Part shown: positions 9,367 to 16,663 of the stretch, piece by piece | Layout of the letters: every line of letters begins with the position of its first letter | Position numbering within the stretch: position 1 is the first letter of the stretch | From: an uncultured Clostridia bacterium | Lineage (GTDB): Bacteria; Bacillota; Clostridia; TANB77; CAG-508 | Direction: 5' to 3' | NCBI GenBank assembly: GCA_934169535.1 | Contig: CAKPOC010000005.1 | Span: 1-27,282 of the forward strand | DNA length: 27,282 nt | The notes under the pieces: model-generated | What the model was told of the DNA's origin: nothing | Seen by the model: only the letters and a program-made list of their open reading frames with translations | Database searches by the model: none | Position numbers and translations under genes: made by a program

Positions 9367-9411
9367 TTATCCACAATCTGTGGATAACCCTGTGGATAAC
9401 TATGTGAATAA
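9367..9411. promoter_or_regulatory. Upstream DnaA-box cluster (oriC left part and dnaA autoregulatory region)
   Basis: TTATCCACA at 9367-9375. TGTGGATAA at 9379-9387 and 9391-9399. TGTGAATAA (one mismatch) at 9403-9411. Confidence 0.85.
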
Positions 9412-9457
9412 CATTTATTTTTTTACTTTTTTCTTAATTATTGGAAGGATTATCAAA

Positions 9458-10804
9458 ATGCAGAACGAAATTAACGAATTATTAACCAAAGCAAAAGAAC
9501 TTTTAAAAGAAGAAGTTACAACAATTTCATATGAAACATGGATAAAAGGAATAGAGATTCAAAGTGTAGATAATGAAAAAATAAACTTAATTGTTACCAA
9601 TAATTTTACAAAAGATTTCTTAATGTCTAAATATTCTAGTCTATTAACTAATACTTTTAATTATTTAACAAATAAGGACTGCATAGTAACAATTTATTCT
9701 AGAGAAGAATTAAATGCTGCTGCAGAAAATGGTACTTCCACAGGGCCTATACAAATTGAAGCTCCTATTAATTATGCCTCTGCAAATTTAAATCCAAAAT
9801 ATACTTTTGCGTCATTTGTAGTTGGTAATAATAATAGGTTCGCTCATGCTGCAGCTTTAGCCGTTGCTGAAGCTCCTGCAGCATCTTATAATCCATTATT
9901 TATTTATGGTGGTGTTGGTCTTGGAAAAACTCACTTAATGCACGCCATCGGTAACGAAATTTTAAAAAATAACCGAAATTCTCGAATTTTATATGTAACA
10001 TCTGAAGCATTTACTAATGAATTAATAAATGCCATAAAGGATAATACTGGTGATCAATTTAGAAATAAATACAGAAGTATTGATGTTTTATTAATTGATG
10101 ATATCCAGTTTATTGCAGGGAAAGACCGAATTCAGGAAGAATTTTTCCACACATTTAATACATTATATGAAAGTGGAAAGCAGGTAATTTTATCTAGTGA
10201 TAAGCCACCAAAAGATATTCCTTTATTGGAAGATAGATTAAAGTCAAGGTTTGAATGGGGAATTATTGCAGATATTTCTAACCCTGATTACGAAACACGT
10301 TTAGCTATACTTAGAAAAAAAGCTCAAATAGAAAACATAATAATAGATGATGAAATTCTTTCAACTATAGCTACACGAATTGATTCAAATATTAGAGAAC
10401 TAGAAGGAGCCTTAAATAAATTAACTGCCAAAGCATCACTTGTGCAAACACCAATCACTATGGAAATGGCAGAGCGCGCTATAAATGATATTGTCGCAGC
10501 TCAAGAAAAAGTTATATCTGCAGAATTTATTCAAGATGTTGTTGCAAAATATTTTAGTGTAAATCCTAAAGATTTAAAAGGTTCAAAAAGGTCTAATGAC
10601 ATTACTTTTCCAAGGCAAATTGCAATGTATATGTGTAGAAATGTTGCAAATATGTCTCTTCCACAGATAGGACGAGCTTTTGGCAAAAGGGATCACACAA
10701 CAGTAATGCATGCTTGCAATAAAGTTGAACAAGACATGAAATTAAACTCAAATACAAAACTAATTGTGGAAAGTGTGAAAAACTTAATCCTCAACGACAA
10801 ATAA
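9458..10804 (+). CDS. dnaA: Chromosomal replication initiator protein DnaA
   Basis: 448 aa from the ATG at 9458 (MQNEINELL...), with GGAAGGA 8 nt upstream. Walker A LFIYGGVGLGKTHLMHA, Walker B LLIDDIQF, and domain IV with DHTTVMHA. The ORF-track start at 9380 would translate the DnaA boxes themselves. Confidence 0.97.
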   Translation: MQNEINELLTKAKELLKEEVTTISYETWIKGIEIQSVDNEKINLIVTNNFTKDFLMSKYSSLLTNTFNYLTNKDCIVTIYSREELNAAAENGTSTGPIQIEAPINYASANLNPKYTFASFVVGNNNRFAHAAALAVAEAPAASYNPLFIYGGVGLGKTHLMHAIGNEILKNNRNSRILYVTSEAFTNELINAIKDNTGDQFRNKYRSIDVLLIDDIQFIAGKDRIQEEFFHTFNTLYESGKQVILSSDKPPKDIPLLEDRLKSRFEWGIIADISNPDYETRLAILRKKAQIENIIIDDEILSTIATRIDSNIRELEGALNKLTAKASLVQTPITMEMAERAINDIVAAQEKVISAEFIQDVVAKYFSVNPKDLKGSKRSNDITFPRQIAMYMCRNVANMSLPQIGRAFGKRDHTTVMHACNKVEQDMKLNSNTKLIVESVKNLILNDK

Positions 10805-10904
10805 TTGATATTTCAACAAAAATCGACAAAAAACAAAATTAATGTTTGTAAAAATTATGTTTTGTAGAAAGTAACGGAGCTGTTCCTACGGATACGCTAG
10901 GAGG

Positions 10905-11125
10905 TTATCCACAGGGGTGCTGTGGATAACCTGTGGATAAAATGTGGATAACTGAGTTATCCACAAGTTTACATTTTTCCTGTGGATAACTTCTCGATTT
11001 TTCCACAGAGTTATCCACATCGGAAAACTTAGGGCCACTTAGCTTACACTTAGTTTTCCACACAATCCACAGCACCTACTACTACTACTACTAAATATAT
11101 TTATATTATTATAATAAAGGAGACG
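10905..11125. other. oriC core between dnaA and dnaN: DnaA-box array, DnaA-trio-like repeat, AT-rich unwinding element
   Basis: TTATCCACA at 10905, 10957 and 11011. TGTGGATAA at 10921, 10932, 10943 and 10981. TTTTCCACA at 10999 and 11054. CAATCCACA at 11063. These are followed by GCAC, (CTA)x6 at 11076-11093, and the A/T-only segment aaatatatttatattattataataaa up to the dnaN RBS. Confidence 0.9.
11076..11093. repeat. (CTA)x6 trinucleotide repeat = DnaA-trio-like element
   Basis: Six perfect CTA units on the + strand. The complementary strand reads 3'-GAT-5' repeats, matching the published DnaA-trio motif 3'-G/AAT-5'. The repeat is placed 4 nt after the last DnaA box and directly before the AT-rich region. 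Confidence 0.75.
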
Positions 11126-11132
11126 AAGACAA

Positions 11133-12240
11133 ATGAAACTACTTTGTGAGAAGGATAAAATCCTTAAAGCATTGAATTCCGTAACTAAAGCTGTTGCTGT
11201 TAGAACAACAATGCCTATATTAGAAGGAATTCTAATACAAACTAATGATAATGAAATAAAATTAACAACTTATGATTTAGAAATAGGAATAGAATATATC
11301 ATTAATGATTGTAAAGTAGAAGAACAAGGAGCTACAGTTGTAAATGCTATAATGTTTACTGAAATAATCAGAAGACTTCCTGATACAGAAATTAGTATAT
11401 CTGTAAATGATAAAAATTTATTAGTTATAGAATGTGAAGGTTCTTTATATAAACTTGCAACAATGAATCCAGATGAATTTCCTGAATATAGAAAATTCAA
11501 TTGAAATAGAGCAAGCTGCATTAAAAGATATGATAAGAAAGACTATTTTTGCTGTAAGTACAGAAGAAAATAGACCAATATTTACAGGATGTTTATTTGA
11601 AATTGCAAACAATAAGTTAAATGTTGTTGCTGTTGATGGATTTAGACTTGCTTGGAAGAGCAAATATTTACAAAGTAAAGTAAATAATTTTTCTGCTGTT
11701 ATTCCAGGAAGAACATTAAATGAAATGAATAAGATTTTAGTAGATTCTTTTGATAACGTAAAAATAGGAGTTGCTAAAAACCAAGTTTTATTTGAATTGG
11801 AAAACTGCAAAATAGTAACAAGACTTTTAGATGGAGAATTTTTAAATTATTCAAGTGTTATTCCAGAACATTGGGAAACAAGAATTAGAGCAAACAGAAA
11901 TATATTACAAGATTGTTTTGAAAGAATAAGCTTAATTTCATCTTCAAGCATAGAAAAAGAGAAGAAATATCCAGTAAAAGTTTCTATAGATGTTGGAAAA
12001 GTTACAATTTCTTGTACAAATCAAACTGGGGATGCAAAAGAAGAAATAATGGTTAATACAGAAGGAAAAAATTTGGAAGTAGGATTTAATCCAAAATACT
12101 TTTTAGATGTATTAAGAAATATAGATGATGAAGAAGTATTTGTTGATTTTGGCTCAAGTATTTCTCCATGTATAATAAGACCAGTAGAATCAGATGGCGA
12201 TTATACTTATATGATTTTACCAATAAAATTAAAAGAATAA
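11133..12240 (+). CDS. dnaN: DNA polymerase III beta subunit (sliding clamp) DnaN, interrupted by a +1 frameshift as sequenced (fragments 11133-11504 and 11473-12240)
   Basis: The two ORF-track pieces (123 aa and 255 aa) are colinear with a ~368-aa DnaN. Piece 1 ends ...LATMNPDEFPEYRKFN*. Piece 2 continues IENSIEIEQAALKDMIRKTIFAVSTEENRPIFTG in the +1 frame. The frame change lies within 11484-11502. Confidence 0.9.
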
Positions 12241-12259
12241 TACGGAAAAGGGCACATAC

Positions 12260-12291
12260 TTTTCCACAATTGGGGCACAGAATGTGGATAA
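12260..12291. promoter_or_regulatory. Convergent DnaA-box pair at the recF start
   Basis: TTTTCCACA (12260-12268) and TGTGGATAA (12283-12291) are 14 bp apart. The second box overlaps the recF ATG (12282). Confidence 0.6.
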
Positions 12292-13358
12292 CTAGTTTAG
12301 AAATGCAAAATTTCAGGAATTACGAAAAAGAAAAAATAGACTTTTCTAAAAATATAAATGTTTTTTATGGAGATAATGCTCAAGGAAAAACAAATATCAT
12401 AGAAGCTATTTTTATAGGTTCAATAGGAAAGTCTTTTAGAACAAATAAAGAAAAAGAAGTAATAAAACACAACGAAAATTTTACTAATATTATTATAAAT
12501 TATCAAAATAAAGATAGAGATGGTAATATAAAAGTACAAATTTCAAATAAAAAAAATATTTTTGTAAATGGTGTAAAAATAAAAAAATTAAGTGATTTAT
12601 TAGGAACAATTAACATCGTATTATTTACACCTGACGATATAAATATATTAAAAAATGGGCCAGACCAAAGAAGAAAATTTTTAAATATGATGATTGGACA
12701 AATTAGGCCAAACTATGTTAATATATTAAATACATATACAAAGGTAATAGAACAAAGAAATAACTATTTAAAACAAATAAGAGATTCAGAACAAACGTCT
12801 AAGATAAATTATAACATGTTAGATATATGGGATGAACAACTTTCAAATCTATCTTACAAAATATGTTTGTACAGAACCGAGTTTATAAATAAAATTTCTG
12901 ATAAAATAAAAGATATTCATAAAAATATTACAGAAAATAAAGAAAATATAAAAATTGAATATATTACCGAAAGTAGAGATCCCAAAAAATTATTAGAACT
13001 TATAAAACAAAGAAGAAAATTAGACATAATAAAAGGTTACACAACTAAAGGAGCACATAGAGATGACTTTAACATATATGTAGATGATGATTTAGTGTCT
13101 GTTTATGGCTCTCAAGGCCAGCATAGAACGGCTGTGTTATCACTAAAAATAAGTGAACTTAAAATAATAGAAGAAGAAACTGGAGAAAGTCCAATTTTAT
13201 TATTAGATGATTTTATGTCAGAGTTAGATAGTAAAAGAAGAAAAAATTTGCTTAATAATATAGGAAATACACAAGTTATAATAACTTGTACAGACGAAAT
13301 GGATAATAATTTTTTAGGAAAAATTTCTAAAGTAAAAGAAGGAAAAATTATAAAATAA
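12282..13358 (+). CDS. recF: DNA replication and repair protein RecF
   Basis: 358 aa from the ATG at 12282 (MWITSLEMQNFRNYEKE...). Walker A FYGDNAQGKTNIIEAI, signature SQGQHRTAVLSLK, Walker B PILLLDDFMSELD. The ORF-track start at 12168 lies inside dnaN. Confidence 0.93.
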   Translation: MWITSLEMQNFRNYEKEKIDFSKNINVFYGDNAQGKTNIIEAIFIGSIGKSFRTNKEKEVIKHNENFTNIIINYQNKDRDGNIKVQISNKKNIFVNGVKIKKLSDLLGTINIVLFTPDDINILKNGPDQRRKFLNMMIGQIRPNYVNILNTYTKVIEQRNNYLKQIRDSEQTSKINYNMLDIWDEQLSNLSYKICLYRTEFINKISDKIKDIHKNITENKENIKIEYITESRDPKKLLELIKQRRKLDIIKGYTTKGAHRDDFNIYVDDDLVSVYGSQGQHRTAVLSLKISELKIIEEETGESPILLLDDFMSELDSKRRKNLLNNIGNTQVIITCTDEMDNNFLGKISKVKEGKIIK

Positions 13359-15314
<1,956 letters not shown>

Positions 15315-15749
15315 AAATTAATAACCTGCAAGATATTTCTTGCAGGTTATTATTATAAAGCTGATATCAATCCCAGCTAAAACTAATACACCTATCGCTA
15401 CCATCTAATATATATTGCTATATAAATAAACAATAAAAACAAATATATTAATCAGTTGCTAGAATATAAGTCTACCCATAATAGCTATATTCATCCAAAC
15501 GAGGGACTAAAAATAACCACTAAAAGATAAAAATATACTCATAACATAGAATAATTACTACATAAAGTCAGCAATATAATAATAAATAATATAGCTTAAA
15601 AACGAAATAATTACTCACGTCGCCGACTGTAACCAACCTAAAATATTAAGCTAATTAAAATCTTTGCTCGAAACAGTTAAAACCGAAAGATCTTAACGAC
15701 TTCTTAGTTCAACTGATATCAACCTTGTAATAGTATTATTGTCAAAATA
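15315..15749 (-). ncRNA. Candidate ~430-nt structured non-coding RNA (unclassified; prediction only)
   Basis: A consensus promoter is on the minus strand at 15756-15785, and the terminator hairpin at 15323-15348 also works on the minus strand. No ORF of 60 aa or more occurs in either strand. A 13-bp long-range helix (15714-15726 with 15357-15369) and a 9-bp hairpin (15676-15697) are fully paired only in the minus-strand RNA, through G-U pairs. C exceeds G on the + strand here, opposite to the flanking + strand genes. Confidence 0.3.
15323..15348. terminator. Bidirectional rho-independent terminator after gyrB
   Basis: AACCTGCAAG (15323-15332) and CTTGCAGGTT (15339-15348) form a 10-bp stem with a 6-nt loop. 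It is followed by ATTATTAT on the + strand and by ATTAATTTTTAT on the - strand. Confidence 0.75.
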
Positions 15750-15755
15750 AAAAAA

Positions 15756-15785
15756 ATTATACAAGAATATTTATTTTTTTGTCAA
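15756..15785 (-). promoter_or_regulatory. Consensus sigma-A type promoter firing leftward (away from the island genes)
   Basis: Minus strand: TTGACA (plus 15780-15785), 18-nt spacer, TATAAT (plus 15756-15761). Confidence 0.5.
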
Positions 15786-15815
15786 AATAATAAATAATTT
15801 GACTTACGATTATTC

Positions 15816-15844
15816 TTGACAATAATAAAAAAAGAAAATAAAAT
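15816..15844 (+). promoter_or_regulatory. Promoter of the island operon (176-aa gene onward)
   Basis: TTGACA (15816-15821), 17-nt spacer, TAAAAT (15839-15844), then GGAG at 15863-15866 and the ATG at 15872. Confidence 0.5.
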
Positions 15845-15871
15845 AATAAAAAATAAAAGAAAGGAGAATGA

Positions 15872-16402
15872 ATGTATAATTCTATACAAAAATGGTTGCC
15901 AATAGAAGAAATAAATAAAAATGGAATAATAAAATTAAAAAATAATTATTTAATAAAAATTATAGAAATAAAACCAATAAATTATAATCTAAAATCATAT
16001 AGCGAAAAGGAAGCTATTTTAAATTCTTATAAATTATTTCTAAAAAATTGTGATTTTAATTTTCAAATATTAATTCAAAGTTCAAAAAAAGATTTAAATA
16101 AATATATATTAAAAATTCAAGAACAAAATAAAAATGAAGAAAATAATATAAAAAATATTTCTGAAGAATATATAAAAAATTTAAAAATAATAAATTCTCA
16201 AAATAAATCCGATATAAAAAATTTTTATTTTATTATTAATGAAAAAAAAGAAAAAAATAATGAAGAAATAATATTAAATAAATTAAACGAAAAATATTTA
16301 AAAATAAAAGAATTTATTTCTCGTTGTGGGAACAGTGCAGAAGAAATAAAAGAATATGACAAAATAATTAAAATATTAAAAAAAACAATTTATTTAAAAT
16401 AA
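15872..16402 (+). CDS. Hypothetical 176-aa protein resembling the N-terminal domain of Gram-positive VirB4-type (T4SS) ATPases; no ATPase domain
   Basis: SIQKWLPIEEINKNGIIKLKNNYLIKIIEIKPINYNLKSYSEKEAILNSYKLFLKNCDFNFQILIQS follows the pattern recalled for N-termini of Tn916 Orf16/TcpF-like conjugation ATPases (xQxxLP...DGI...Y.K...I..INY.L.S..EKE.I...Y..FL......Q.L). No TM segment and no Walker motifs. Family assignment is from memory, not from a search. Confidence 0.45.
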   Translation: MYNSIQKWLPIEEINKNGIIKLKNNYLIKIIEIKPINYNLKSYSEKEAILNSYKLFLKNCDFNFQILIQSSKKDLNKYILKIQEQNKNEENNIKNISEEYIKNLKIINSQNKSDIKNFYFIINEKKEKNNEEIILNKLNEKYLKIKEFISRCGNSAEEIKEYDKIIKILKKTIYLK

Positions 16403-16651
16403 ATAAAAAAATAATAAAAAAAAAATAATAAATAAAATAAATAATAAATAAAAAAATAAATAAATAAAAAATAAATAATAAAAAAAAATAAATAATAAAT
16501 AAATAAAAAATAATAAATAAAATAAATAATAAATAAAAAAATAATAAATAAAAAAATAAATAAATAAAAAATAAATAATAAAAAAAATAAATAATAAATA
16601 AATAAAAAATAATAAATAAAATAAAAATAAAAAAAATAATAAATAATAAAA
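16387..16651. repeat. 265-nt tract containing only A and T, built from an 85/99-nt tandem repeat (about 2.4 copies)
   Basis: No G or C occurs between C16386 and G16652. Unit 1 is 16426-16510 (85 nt). Unit 2 is 16511-16609 (99 nt), equal to unit 1 plus a 15-nt insert taataaataaaaaaa and minus one A. A partial unit 3 spans 16610-16651. A-runs recur about every 15 nt. Confidence 0.95.
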
Positions 16652-16663
16652 GGAGGAGTAAAT

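Noticed and set aside
9380-9457. 26-codon N-terminal extension of dnaA given by the ORF track (MDNPVDNYVNN...)
   Set aside because: The extension is the translation of the DnaA boxes themselves and has no RBS. The ATG at 9458 has GGAAGGA upstream and gives a normal DnaA N-terminus.
12168-12281. Longer recF ORF starting inside dnaN
   Set aside because: The extension overlaps the dnaN 3' end in another frame and has no RecF-like sequence. MWITSLEMQNFRNY at 12282 is the canonical RecF N-terminus.
15318-15404. 28-aa hydrophobic minus-strand mini-ORF (MVAIGVLVLAGIDISFIIITCKKYLAGY*) resembling a type I toxin peptide
   Set aside because: No Shine-Dalgarno-like sequence precedes its ATG, and its 3' part is just the translation of the gyrB terminator hairpin. 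It is kept only as a remote possibility if the minus-strand RNA is confirmed.
15361-15722. 10-bp direct repeat CTGATATCAA (15361-15370 and 15713-15722) as target-site duplication of a small mobile insertion or MITE
   Set aside because: There are no terminal inverted repeats inside the repeats and no transposase. A 10-mer match in AT-rich DNA over this distance is only weakly significant. The repeat contains the palindrome TGATATCA and is better explained as the two strands of a long-range RNA helix (see the finding).
16387-16651. CRISPR array or minisatellite-encoded peptide repeat
   Set aside because: The repeats are contiguous, with no unique spacers, no G/C and no cas genes. TAA stops occur in every frame on the + strand, so the tract is neither a CRISPR array nor coding.
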